Source: Mobula hypostoma (lineage: Eukaryota). Taken from it: DNA of 64,000 nt. Positions 1 through 59,180 of the stretch are shown here, piece by piece. The position numbers were made by a program, and so were the translations under genes. The stretch covers positions 3,100,001-3,164,000 of the forward strand of contig NC_086108.1 of the NCBI RefSeq assembly GCF_963921235.1, written 5' to 3'. Within the stretch, counting starts at the first letter, position 1; every line of letters begins with the position of its first letter. The notes beneath the pieces were generated by a model. That model was not told the origin of the DNA. It saw nothing but the letters and a program-made list of their open reading frames with translations, and did no database searches.

Positions 1-635
1 CACCAGAGCTAACAGTGCCTTCGGACGCCTCCAGAAACGTGTGGAAGAACCACCAGCTGCGTCTGTCCAGGTGTACAGGGCTGCCGTTGTCACATTACTT
101 TATGGCTCCGACGCCTGGGACTTGTACCGCAAGCAAATCAGCGCTGCATCATGTCTCCAACAATGGCGTCCTGGAGAAGGCTCAATTTCCAAGCATTGAA
201 ACCACTTTGCTGCTCAGGTAGCTTCGCTAGTCAGGCCACTTGTCTCTCATGGACAACTCCAGGTTACCGAAAGCAGCACTGTACAGAGAACTCTCTCAGG
301 GCAAGAGAAATCTACTTAAGTAGCAGCTCTCTCAGGCAAATATCAAGGTCAATGAGTGGTAGCAGTGGCTTGTGACAGAGACCACTGGAGAACCCTGATA
401 CACAGAGCACCCAAAAACGTTGAGGAATCCAGAAGACTGATAGCTGAAGAGAAGAGGAGACACAGGAAAGATCCTGCTACCCAAGTGACCACATCCCAGC
501 CGTTCCTACGTCCCTCCTGCTCCAGAGTCTGTAGATCCCAAATCGGCCTTTACAGTCACCAACGATCGTGCCGTTGCTCCTGAGGACTCTTCCCTCCTGA
601 TCTTCGCAAGCGAAGAACCAGCCATCATCATCATT
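1..635 (+). mobile_element. RTE-clade LINE 3' end, degenerate
   Basis: C-terminal CSRVCRSQIGLYSHQRSC zinc-knuckle typical of RTE/BovB-like ORFs; short 3'UTR ending in a (CAT)n tail. Confidence 0.75.
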
Positions 636-1897
636 CAATTTCTCATACTGCAACTTGTCCTAGCATTTTACCCACTATAATTTTACATGCTGGCATTATT
701 AAGTTCTCACCAGCTGTGTGACTTTTCCTTTTCTGGGTAATAAGTTCTACTACTAAATAACTTGCTTCCTGGATTTTTTTTACTGACTGTGACTTTATTA
801 ACAGAAGCTTTACTCTGTTTTGAGATTCCAATAGGCATTTAAAATAATCAGCACTTTTATGTGCCATATGGCTGGGATTTGTAGTTAGGTGTATTTTCAA
901 TTTTGCTGGAGCCATTACTGCATTTGTAAGTCGTTTGCCACAGATTAGCATGTTGGAATGGGACAACTTGGATCAGCAGTCCATGTAAAACCCATTGATA
1001 AGTAGCTTTCATTAAAAAGACAGACCTTTTTGTGTTCATTACTGCATTTGTGGAGCGAGATGACCCAGAAGATTGTAATTCAAGAAGGGCCGCATTGGAC
1101 CATCAGACACATCTGTAAAACACAAGAGTGAATAAAATATAAAAATGGGTGAGTCCATTCAATGCTCAGAAAATGCACTTCATGCTCATCAGCCTGGAAT
1201 ACAGCGCTCGCCAATTATCAACCGTCTCCCCTCTGTGTGGTACAGCGCTCGCCAATTATCAACCGTCTCCCCTCTGTGTGGTACAGCGCTCGCCAATTAT
1301 CAACCGTCTCCCCTCTGTGTGGTACAGCGCTCGCCAATTATCAACCGTCTCCCTCTGTGCAATACAGCGCTCGCCAATTATCAACCGTCTCCCTCTGTGC
1401 AATGCAATGCTCACTAATTATCAACGGCCTTCCCTCTGTGCAATACAGCGCTCGCCAATTATCAACAGTCTCCCTCTGTCTGATATGGCGCTTGCTAATT
1501 ATCAACAGTCTCCCCTCTGTGGAATACAGCGCTCGCCAATTATCAACAGTCTCCCCTCTGTGCAATACAGTGGTCGCTAATTATCAACAGTCTCCTCTCT
1601 GTGTGGTACAGTGGTCACCAATTATCAACAGTCTCCCCTCTGTGGGATACAGTGGTCACCGATTATCAACGGCCTCCCCTATTTCGTGTCAAAAACGGAG
1701 AATGGACACAACCAAAGAAACGTGGTCGTACTGAGCAGTATCACCCCGGGCTGAGAAAGCTCTAATGAGATTGCTGACAGGGCTGCACTGAGTGCTAACA
1801 TCGCGCTTTGACTGAAGTTCAGAAAATGATTTTTTTTATCACAATCTCTACCGGAACCCCAACTGACCTCTCGAGGAGCCCCTGTTGAGAAACCTTG
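636..1897 (-). mobile_element. hAT (Charlie/Buster, ZBED5/ZBED8-like) DNA transposon, 5' part, truncated at the RTE junction
   Basis: ORF 643-966 (ICGKRLTNAVMAPAKLKIHL...EASYLVVELI..KKSHTAGENLIMPAC) resembles Buster transposase N-termini; Charlie-like terminus CAAGGTTTCTCAAC on the - strand at 1897. Confidence 0.75.
1200..1680. repeat. Minisatellite, 40-41 bp unit TACAGCGCTCGCCAATTATCAACCGTCTCCCCTCTGTGTGG, about 12 copies, inside the hAT element
   Basis: Units start at 1200, 1241, 1282, 1323 and onward; identity decays toward 1680. Confidence 0.95.
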
Positions 1898-3264
1898 CCG
1901 TAGGTACTGGAAATCTTGAGCAACACACACAAAATGCCGGAGGAACTCAGCGAGTCAAGCAGTGTGTGAAGTTCGTTATTTATTGAGAGATCCAGCACAG
2001 TAACAGGCCCTTCTGGCCCAACGAGCCCGCGCTGTCCAATCACACCCGTGTGACCAATTAGCCTACTAACCGGTACGTCTTTGGAACGTTGGAGCAAATC
2101 GGAGCACCTGGAAGAAACCCATGCGATCACGTACAAATTCAGCGGTAGGAATTGAAGTCAGGCCCCTGGGGCTGTGATAACATTATGCTAACTGCTACGC
2201 TGCAGGGCTGCCTCAGCCTGAGCTGTCTGACACGGTCCTGGGAAGAACCTAAGGCAGCGGGAATTGAGCCCAGGTCCCTGGTGCGGTTATAGCGTTGGGC
2301 TAACTGCTACACTACTGTGTTGCCCCCATCTGAACAACTGTTGTTTATTGGCAGCAGTATAGTGCATAGATGTAAAATTACTATAAATTACAAAGATGAA
2401 TAATTAAGAAAACAATAACAAGATAATACATAAAATACTGGAGGAACTCAGCAGGTCATGCAGCATCCATGGAGGGGAATAAAATGTTGACATTTCGGCC
2501 ATAGCTGTTCATCAAGACCAATACTGCAGGAAATCCTGAGCATCTTCCCTTCCCCATTCTTTTCCCATTCCATATTCTGCTTACCTGCCTCTGGTTCCTC
2601 CTCCTCCCTCTCTCCCATGGTCCACTGTTCTATCCTAGCAGATTCCCCCTCCTTCAGCCCTTTACCTCACACATCTGTCACCTTTCAGCTTCTTACTTCA
2701 TCATACCTCCGTTCGGGGGCAGCGATTGGGGGGGTGGGCATGGGGTGTTTGCCGGCAGCCCTGTGAGGCCTTGGTTTGTCGACCATCAGCATGGTGACCG
2801 TCTGCCTGGATTTGCGCTCCGGCCTCTGGAACGCACGACCCTCGGAGCTAAAGGTGAATGAGTGCCTCACTGGATCAGGACTGAGAGTGGGTCCAGGGAC
2901 AGATACAGATGTCAGATTTGTATCACTGTGAAACATACAGTGAAAATCGTTGTTTGCATTAACAACCAGCACACCTGAGGGGGCGCTGGGTGCAAGTATC
3001 ACCACACATTCTGGCGCCGATGTAGCATGCCCACTGTGTTCATCAGAACAACACAAGCAACACCAACAAAACAAGCCCATTTCCCACCCCAAAGCAGGCG
3101 TCCAACCCCAAACCCCCAGGCCTGCAGTCCCTGGACCTGGATTCTCAGACCTACAGACATAATAAGGGACGTCATAAAATCTGGAGATTCTGGGGTGAAA
3201 ATGGGGTAAGTCTGTGTGCTGCAGCCTAACCAGTAACCTGGGTGGCAAATGACTTGCTGGATAA

Positions 3265-50434
<47,170 letters not shown>

Positions 50435-51432
50435 ACACAGCAGATGAAGTCAAACCCACCAAGCTTCCTAGGTAATTGATTTACCAACTCTATCCCCACC
50501 CCCATCGCCATCCCCAAGACCTTCCCCTTCTCAAGCTGGTCCATCTCTGCCCCACACAGCAACGCTCTGCTTGGTTACTCTCTCTGGAAAGATCTCACAC
50601 AAGTTTGAGGGACACGTCTACCAATCAGCGTGGAAGGACGTCTTTGTGTTGGGGGTGGTGTTACCCGAGGAAACAAGAGGGAGAGAATGAATGCACTAAA
50701 ATCTCCCTTCTCTCCCACTCCGTCCATCATATACCAGGACAGAGTTGCTGAAATCTCTGCTGTGTACGGTGGAATCAAAGGCTTGTGGCCAAGGTCACTC
50801 AAGCTGAAAAGAAATGGTTACTGACCCTCCTCTTTTTAAGCTTTAATTTTAAACGGGAGATTAAATGACAAGAATCTGAAGCTGCGTCCCACGTGGTGGT
50901 TAAACGTCCGCTAACCTAGTCCCATTCGTCCTGATGTCTTTACGAACATGGTTGAATGGGAAGGCCATTGATGCAGACTGCTCATTACAGGAGGAACGCT
51001 GGCGGTGATGTCACACTGACCGTGCTTGGCATTCCCTTTCATTGGCTGGTACACGGTTACTGCTTTCACTGGTGGCTCAAGTCAGGAGCATCTCTGCCTT
51101 GGAGTCAGGAGGTCGTGGGTTCAAGATCCACTCCAGAGACAGGAATGGAGAACTGAGCTCCCTCACGTGGATACGGTGAAAGATGCCCACTGTGAGCCAG
51201 GGGGATCTCCTCCATTGTTTAACCCAAAGTAGCAGATTATCAGCTGGATATCACCGTGTGTGGGAGCTTGCTGTGCACTATTGTACTTCAACACTTCAAG
51301 AGACAATTTCAGGGATCAGCTCAGAGCAGGAATTGTGTAAATCCTGTTCTTGGTGTTGACCACTGAAAAGTTTTAGAAATAACATTTATTATGGTGTTAA
51401 GTTATTGCATAATTTGCATATTAATTAAATAA

Positions 51433-52228
51433 CACCACACAACAAATTTTTTTGGAAGTGATATGTCCTTTTTTTTAATTTATGGTAGAATGTTTGAAGC
51501 TGAACTCAAATATAATTTGACTATTTGTATCACATAGGGATTTGGAGAAATAATAAATTAACTTTTATTGAATATAATGTGTTTAATTGCATAACAGTGT
51601 TGGCACTTTGCAATAGTTCAACTGAGCTAAAAATGTTTTGTTGATGATTTTCATTTGTACTCAGTGTCTGAGGCTTCTCGCTCAAGTGTCCAACAATAAT
51701 CAGCCAGCATTGATGGATTCCAGTTGCCCTGATACCGTTTCTCCATGACCGCAATGTCCTGGTGAAACCTTTCACCATGCTCATCACTGACAGCGCCAAG
51801 ATTTGCAGGGAAAAAGTCTAAATGGGAATTCAGAAAATGAATCTTTAGTGACATGTTGCACTTCATGGTTTTGTATGCTTGAAGCTTGTTGTCAACCAGC
51901 TGCATTTAGTTTGGTGCTCTGTAGTTGCCAAGAAAATTTTCAACAATATCCTTGAATGCCTTCCATGTGATTTTCTCCAGTCCCACTAGAAGTTCTTCAA
52001 ATTGCCTGTCATTGATGACCTGTTTGATTTGTGGACCAACAAAAATTCCTTCCTTAATCTTGGCATCAGTTATTCTGATTTGAATTATGAATTGAAACAA
52101 ATGTAGGTGATTTAAAAAAAAATGCTACATGATAGGGAAATTTCATGGTGATTATCATGATCATCAGTCCAAACTCCATAAGATACACCAAAAAAAAATT
52201 CCAGAAGCAAAATCTTTGTTGTCCAGTG
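51433..52228 (-). mobile_element. Chapaev3-type (CMC/Transib-related) DNA transposon, internally deleted, about 796 bp
   Basis: Transposase C-terminal motifs KIKEGIFVGPQI, FLGNY, CNMSLKIHFLNSHLDFFP, VSDEHGERFHQDI, RYQG.W...MLADYCW. Imperfect TIRs CACCACACAACAAA / CACTGGACAACAAA. TWA flanks (TAA left, TTA right). Confidence 0.75.
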
Positions 52229-52752
52229 TTATTAGTTTTCACTGTTGAAAATTTGCCTCCTCCACACAAGTAATTCAAGTTCAGAACATGCAACGTATTT
52301 TATTTCCTCTCCTGGGATTTGAAGTGTGATGATTTTACTCTGTTGTACAGCTTGCTGACTAGCTGATGGAACACTCCCATCAGTCCCACTCACCTCCCCA
52401 CATTTCCTCGTAGTCTATACTCACTGTTATCCCCACTAACTGCCCTGCCGCTTGCCTCTGCAGACCTCACACACAACTAGCGCTAGAGATCCTGATCAAA
52501 CCTAGAGTCGGTGGAGGGATTGCTTAGTCCGTGGGACTGTTCGGGGGCAGGGAGCAGACATACTTTGTGTTACAGGGGTCTCCCACAACCGCAGACTGTG
52601 GAGAGCTATGCCCTAATGCAGTACTATGTTTTTACCTCAGTGAAAAGAGTTAAATATCTCTGCCCTATGTGCCTGGGATATTTTGTAGTTTTATACTGCT
52701 CGCTGATGGAATATGAGCTCAGTGGTCACTCTATTAGGTACCTCCTGTAGCC

Positions 52753-53489
52753 CAGGGGTCCCCGATCTTTGTTACACCGCGGACTGGTTTAATATTGACA
52801 ATATTCTTGCAGACCGGCGGATTGGGGGGGAGTGTTCAACTAGGGTTAAACTCACCTCAGCATGTCTTTTACATTTAGGGTTGCCAATTTTCTCACTCCC
52901 AAATAAGGGACAAAAGTAGCAGTCAAATCCCGGGACACTTCCGTTTACCCCAGGATAGACTACCATGACCATGAAGCCTTGCGTGGGCACCTGTGTGCGC
53001 ATGTGCGTACGTGCCGATTTTTGTCCCCCCACAAATCGGTTTTGGCTTAATCTTCCTGACTACGCTGTACATACATTATTTCTACTTTATATAAGCTGTG
53101 TATTTATCATATCATTCCTGCTTTTACTATATGTTACTGTTATTTTAGGTTTTATGTGTTATTTGGTATGATTTGTTAGGTTATTTTTTGGGTCTGGGAA
53201 CGCTCAAAAAATTTTCCCATATAAATTAATGATAATTGCTTCTTCGCTGTACGCCATTTCGGCAGGAAAGGTTTCATAGGGACGCTGTACCTTAGCGGGG
53301 GAAATACGGGACAATGGCGGTCCCATATGGGGACAACCAATTTAGCCCAATATGCGGGATGTCCCGGCAAATACGGGACAGTTGGCAATCCTATGTTCAA
53401 GTTCAACAGTGCGTGACAGGGAATGAGGAAAGGTGCAGCTGACTCACATCGTTTCCTCGCGGCCCAGTACTGGTGGTTGGGGACCGCTG
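52753..53489. mobile_element. hAT-Charlie-type MITE with a nested second hAT MITE (52876-53393, TIR TAGGGTTGCCAA)
   Basis: Outer TIRs CAGGGGTCCCC / GGGGACCGCTG with 8-bp TSD CTGTAGCC / CTGTAGCT; inner TIRs TAGGGTTGCCAA / TTGGCAATCCTA with subterminal GGGACA motifs. Confidence 0.75.
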
Positions 53490-54202
53490 CTGTAGCTTTT
53501 CCACTTCAAGGTACTGAACGTACTATGACAACGGTTCTCTTTTCCGTAGATGCTGCTTGGCCTGCTGAGTTCCTCCAGTATTTTGTGTGTGTTGCTCAGA
53601 GTTTCTGTTGTTACTGAATGTAGATAATGTTTTTGCGGGCAGTTCTACCTGGGCTGCACATTGTCTCTATACCAGCAGACGGCAGGGTTGTTCACTGGTT
53701 TGCACTCTGGCTAATAATGGGCTGCAGGAACAATGGCGAGCTGAAGCAAAGCAACAATTTTAAACAATTATTCAAGGTGTGGCTGAGCCAGCGTTGAATT
53801 GCCTGTCCCTGTTTGCCCTTGAGAAGGTCTTCTTGACCCGCTGCCACCCTGGAGCTGTGGGCATACCCACAGTGCTGTTTGACAGGGAGTTCAAACAATA
53901 AGTCCATGAGACATAGGAGCAGAAATAGGCCATTTGGCCCATCGAGTCTGCTCCGCCATTTCATCATGGCTGATCCACTTTCCTTCTCAATCCTAATCTC
54001 CTGCCTTCTCCTGGTATCCCTTCATGCCCTGACTAATTACCAACCTCTGCCTTAAATACTTGGCCTCCATAGCAGGCTGTGGCAATGAATTCCACAGATT
54101 CATCACTTCCTGGCTAAAGAAATTCCTCATCTTTGTTATAAAAGGACTCCCCTCTGTTCTGAGGCTGTGTCCTTTGGTAGTAGACTCGCCCACCATAGGA
54201 AG

Positions 54203-55427
54203 CCATAGTCTGTGGTGGCCAGTGCTATCATGTTTGCTGTTGTGTGCTGGGGCAGCAGACACCAACAGAATCAACAAACTCATTCGTAAGGCCAGTGATG
54301 TTGTGGGGATGGAACTGGACTCTCTGACGGTGGTGTCTGAAAAGAGGATGCTGTCCAAGTTGCATGCCATCTTGGACAATGTCTCCCATCCACTACATAA
54401 TGTACTGGGTGGGCACAGGAGTACATTCAGCCAGAGACTCATTCCACCGAGATAGAAACATAGAAACATAGAAAATAGGTGCAGGAGTAGGCCATTCGGC
54501 CCTTCGAGCCTGCACCGCCATTTATTATGATCATGGCTGATCATCCAACTCAGAACCCAGCCTTCCCTCCATACCCCCTGACCCCTGTAGCCACAAGGGC
54601 CATATCTAACTTCCTTTTAAACATAGCTAATGAACTGGCCTCAACAGTTTGCTGTGGCAGAGAATTCCACAGATTCACCACTCTCTGTGTGAAGAAGTTT
54701 TTCCTAACCTCGGTCCTAAAAGGCTTCCCCTCTATCCTCAAACTGTGACCCCTCGTTCTGGACTTCCCCAACATCGGGAACAATCTTCCTGCATCTAGCC
54801 TGTCCAATCCCTTTAGGATCTTATACGTTTCAATCAGATCCCCCCTCAATCTTCTAAATTCCAACGAGTACAAGCCCAGTTCATCCAGTCTTTCTTCATA
54901 TGAAAGACCTGCCATCCCAGGAATCAATCTGGTGAACCTTCTTTGTACTCCCTCTATGGCAAAGATGTCTTTCCTCAGATTAGGGGACCAAAACTGCACA
55001 CAATACTCCAGGTGTGGTCTCACCAAGGCCTTGTACAACTGCAGTAGTACCTCCCTGCTCCTGTACTCGAATCCTCTCGCTATAAATGCCAGCATAATCC
55101 TCTCGCTATAAATGCCAGCATAATCCTCTCGCTATAAATGCCAGCATAATCCTCTCGCTATAAATGCCAGCATAGAGATGCAGCACAGAGCGTCATAGGA
55201 AGTCATTCCTGCCTGTGGCCATCAAACTTTACAACTCCTCCCTTGGAGGGTCAGACACCCTGAGCCAATAGGCTGGTCCTGGATTTATTTCATAATTTAC
55301 TGGCATAATTTACATATTACTATTTAACTATTTATGGTTTTATTACTATTTAATTATTTATGGTGCAACTGTACTGAAAACCAATTTCCCCCGGGATCAA
55401 TAAAGTATGACCATGACTATGACTATG
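54203..55427 (+). mobile_element. Rex1/Babar 3' fragment, inside a CR1-tail element and interrupted by a young CR1
   Basis: Nearly identical to the 19164-19778 copy (ADTNRINKLIRKASDVVGMELDSL); (CTATGA)n tail at about 55405-55427. Confidence 0.85.
54454..55174 (-). mobile_element. Young CR1 LINE 3' fragment with GAGAT TSD and a 4x26-bp reiterated 5' end
   Basis: Intact 181-aa ORF 54550-55095; (ATAGAAAC)n tail; TSD at 54449-54453 and 55175-55179; unit AATCCTCTCGCTATAAATGCCAGCAT repeated four times at 55070-55173. Confidence 0.92.
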
Positions 55428-55931
55428 AAACATCTTCTCCACATACAATAATAATAGAGTTATTGGGGCCTTTCAACATTCAATAGGTCTCAACGAGATT
55501 TCCCCCCCATTCTTCTGAATTCCAGTGAATACAGACCCAGAGCCAGCAAACACTCCTAATATGACAAACTGTTCAATGTCAGAATCATTTTCGTGAGCCT
55601 CCTTTGAAACCTCAACGATGTCAGCACATCCTTTCTAAGACGAGGGGCCCAAACCTTCTGACAGGTGCTGTTCCCCATACTCTAGTTGGTAGAGATGGTG
55701 AGTTTTGGAGAGTCTTGGCCGTTGCTGCAATGTGTCCTGTAGACAATACAAGGCACTGCCATGATGCGTCGATGCTGGCGTGAGTGGACGGTTGTGGATG
55801 GGGTGCCGGTCATTCTGTGTCCTGTATGGTGTTGAGATTCCCTCCCCCTTCACCCTTCTGTTCACCACCCTGGCCTCTTACCTCTTCTCACTTCCCCCTA
55901 GGACCCCCCCCCTTCTGTTTCTCCTCCCGTC

Positions 55932-57045
55932 CATAGAAACCATAGAAACTACAGCACAGAAACAGGCCTTTTGGCCCTTCTTGGCTGTGCCGAACCATTT
56001 TCTGCCTAGTCCCACTGACCTGCACACGGACCATATCCCTCCATACACCTCCCATCCATGTATCTGTCCAATTTATTCTTAAATGTTAAAAAAGAACCCG
56101 CATTTGCCACCTCATCTGGCAGCTCATTCCATACTCCCACCACTCTCTGTGTGAAGAAGCCCCCACTAATGTTCCCTTTAAACTTTTCCCCCCTCACCCT
56201 TAACCCATGTCCTCTGGTTTTTCTCTCCCCTTGCCTCAGTGGAAAAAGCCTGCTTGCATTCACTCTATCTATACCCATCATAATTTTATATACCTCTATC
56301 AAATCTCCCCTCATTCTTCTACGTTCCAGGGAATAAAGTCCTAACCTATTCAACCTTTCTCTGTAACTGAGTTTCTCAAGTCCCGGCAACATCCTTGTAA
56401 ACCTTCTCTGCACTCTTTCAACCTTATTTATATCCTTCCTGTAATTTGGTGACCAAAACTGAACACAATACTCCAGATTCGGCCTCACCAATGCCTTATA
56501 CAACCTCATCATAACATTCCAGCTCTTATACTCAATACTTTGATTAATAAAGGCCAATGTACCAAAAGCTCTCTTTATGACCCTATCTACCTGTGACGCC
56601 ACTTTTAGGGAATTTTGTATCTGTATTCCCAGATCCCTCTGTTCCACTGCACTCCTCAGTGCCTTACCATTAACCCTGTATGTTCTACCTTGGTTTGTCC
56701 TTCCAACGTGCAATACCTCACACTTATCAGTATTAAACTCCATCTGCCATTTTTCAGCCCATTTTTCCAGCTGGTCCAAGTCCCTCTGCAGGCTCTGAAA
56801 ACCTTCCTCACTGTCTACTACACCTCCAATCTTTGTATCATCAGCAAATTTGCTGATCCAATTTACCACATTATCATCCAGATCATTGAAATAGATGACA
56901 AATAACAATGGACCCAGCACTGATCTCTGTGGCACACCACTAGTCACAGGCCTCCACTCGGAGAAGCAATTCTCTACCACCACTCTTTGGCTTCTTCCAT
57001 TGAGCCAATGTCTAATCCAATTTACCACCTCTCCATGTATACCGC
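55932..57045 (-). mobile_element. CR1 LINE 3' portion with uninterrupted RT ORF, inserted in a Penelope tail
   Basis: ORF 56006-57088 (SGVPQRSVLGP, SKFADDTK, LVRPNLEYCVQFWSP); tail catagaaaccatagaaac; Penelope tail sequence on both sides. Confidence 0.92.
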
Positions 57046-57170
57046 TATCAGATTCCTTCCTCTCCAGCTCACAACCTTTCCCACCCACCTGGCTTCACCT
57101 ATCACCTTCCAGCTATCCTCCTTCCCCTCCGACCACTGTTTTATTCTGGGTGTCTTCCCCATTCCTTCTC

Positions 57171-57206
57171 AGTCCTGAAGAAGGGTTTCAGCCTGAAATG
57201 TCGACT
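57171..57206 (+). ncRNA. Hammerhead-like motif in a Penelope tail (variant CUGAAGA...GAAAUGUC)
   Basis: AGUC-CUGAAGA-AGG(GUUUCAG)CCU-GAAA-UGUC-GACU. Confidence 0.55.
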
Positions 57207-57227
57207 GTTTTTTCATTTGCACAGATG

Positions 57228-58006
57228 TTGTCTGACCTGCTGAGTTCTTCCTGAATTTTATGTGTGTTACTCTGTCAGACACTGTCTGACCTGCTGAGTT
57301 CCTCCAGCATTTTGTGTGTGTTACTCTGACCATCGACACTGTCTGACCTGCTGAGTTCCTCCAGCATTTTGTGTGTGTTACTCTGACCATCGACACTGTC
57401 TGACCCGCTGAGTTCCTCCAGCATTTTGTGTGTGTTACTCTGACCATCGACACTGTCTGACCTGCTGAGTTCCTCCAGCATTTTGTGTGTGTTACTCTGA
57501 CCATCGACACTGTCTGACCCGCTGAGTTCCTCCAGCATTTTGTGTGTGTTACTCTGACCATCGACACTGTCTGTCCTGCTGAGTTCCTCCAGCATTTTGT
57601 GTGTGTTACTCTGACCATCGACACTGTCTGACCTGCTGAGTTCCTCCAGCATTTTGTGTGTGTTACTCTGACCATCGACACTGTCTGACCTGCTGAGTTC
57701 CTCCAGCATTTTGTGTGTGTTACTCTGACCTCAGACACTGTCTGACCTGCTGAGTTCCTCCAGCATTTTGTGTGTGTTACTCTGACCATCGACACTGTCT
57801 GTCCTGCTGAGTTCCTCCAGCATTTTGTGTGTGTTACTCTGACCATCGACACTGTCTGACCTGCTGAGTTCCTCTAGCATTTTGTGTGTGTTACTCTGAC
57901 CATCGACACTGTCTGTCCTGCTGAGTTCCTCTAGCATTTTGTGTGTGTTACTCTGACCATCGACACTGTCTGACCTACTGAGTTCCTCCAGCATTTTGTC
58001 TGTGTT
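57228..58006. repeat. 57-bp tandem repeat (about 14 units) derived from the Penelope 3' tail
   Basis: Unit GACACTGTCTGACCTGCTGAGTTCCTCCAGCATTTTGTGTGTGTTACTCTGACCATC starts at 57278, 57335 and every 57 bp to 57962, plus one native degenerate unit before. Confidence 0.97.
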
Positions 58007-59012
58007 AATAAGTCAGAGGATATAGCACATTATAGCACAGTACAGGCCCTCCATCCCACGATGTTGTGCTGACCTTTTAACCTGCTTCAAAATCGAGGTC
58101 CCCTCCCTCCCACACAGCCGTCCATTTTTTCTTTCATTCACGTGCCTATTTAAGAGTCTCTTAAATGTCCCTAATGTATCTGCCTCCACCACCACCCCGG
58201 CAGCGTGTTCCTTGCACCCACCACTAACCTACCTCAGACATCCCCACTGTACTTTCTTCCAATCACCTTAAAATGATGCCCCTCAGTATTAGATATTTCC
58301 ACCCTGGGAGAAAGCTGCTGGCCCTCCATACAAGTCTCATCACCTTTACCATTCATTCCTAGCTCTCTCAATCTTTCCTCACAAGCCCCTCTCAACCTTT
58401 CCTCATAAGAGATACTCTAAAGGACGGACGGGGGGGCGGGGGGAATGCTGAATTCAGTGATGGTAATGCCACTGACTCCTTCGAGAGGACCACAACCTTT
58501 TCATTGTTTGGAGGTTTGACCCGGAGAGCTGTACTGGCTGGAGTCAGGGCTTTATGCTTTGGCTCTTGCTCGGGTCACCCATGCCAAGCAGGACAAGGGC
58601 CAACAACGCCAAATTAGCACACACAAGTCCTGACAAGCTGGATTAAGAGGTTGAGAAGAGAAGGAGTACAAGCTGACGTGTGCACCAGACAGGCTTGCAT
58701 GATTACTGGGATTTACTGGACTTGACGATAACACTTCCAGCAGCCGTGATGAGACTCAGACTTCCCCAAAGGGCAGAGGCCCTAAGAGTGGTCCACCTGT
58801 CCTTCAGGTTCTGAGGGTCAGCACAGAGCTAACAACCCTGACTGGTGAAGCAAAACTGTTACAGCGATTAAGAATTCTTCGACATCTGGGTGTGACGGTA
58901 TTCCTGAGTCTCCACCCGGGATTTACGTGACTGACAGTGGTAAAAACTGCGAGGAAGCTAGTGGCACAATGAAGGAAGTCCTGAACACCACCAGAGATGA
59001 AGGACCTTCATT

Positions 59013-59180
59013 AACAAGAGAAAATCTGCAGATGCTGGAAATCCAAGCAACACACAAGACGCTGGAGGAACTCAGCAGGCCAGGCAGTCACGCTGAAGGG
59101 TGTCGGCCCGAAACATCGACTGTACTTTTTTCCATTGATGCCACCTGGCCTGCTGAACTTCTCTAACATCTTGTGTGTGT
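59013..59180. mobile_element. Short fold-back of Penelope-like tails with a decayed hammerhead
   Basis: 59013-59087 (- orientation) abuts 59092-59180 (+ orientation, gctgaagggtgtcggcccgaaacatcgactg). Confidence 0.7.

Noticed and set aside
643..966. Domesticated ZBED5/ZBED8/SCAND3-like host gene
   Set aside because: Short, frameshifted, truncated by an RTE insertion and linked to a transposon terminus; it is a fossil.
1145..1734. Repeat-containing ORFs or CRISPR-like array at the 41-bp repeat
   Set aside because: Plain tandem minisatellite with no spacers; the peptides cycle through frames.
51433..52228. RAG recombination signal sequences at the CAC termini
   Set aside because: Only CAC is shared; there is no CACAGTG heptamer with a 12/23 spacer and ACAAAAACC nonamer.
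57228..58006. CRISPR-like array or repeat protein (ORF 57169-57852)
   Set aside because: Units are contiguous with no unique spacers, there are no cas genes, and the context is vertebrate; the ORF is a by-product of a 57-bp (3n) unit.
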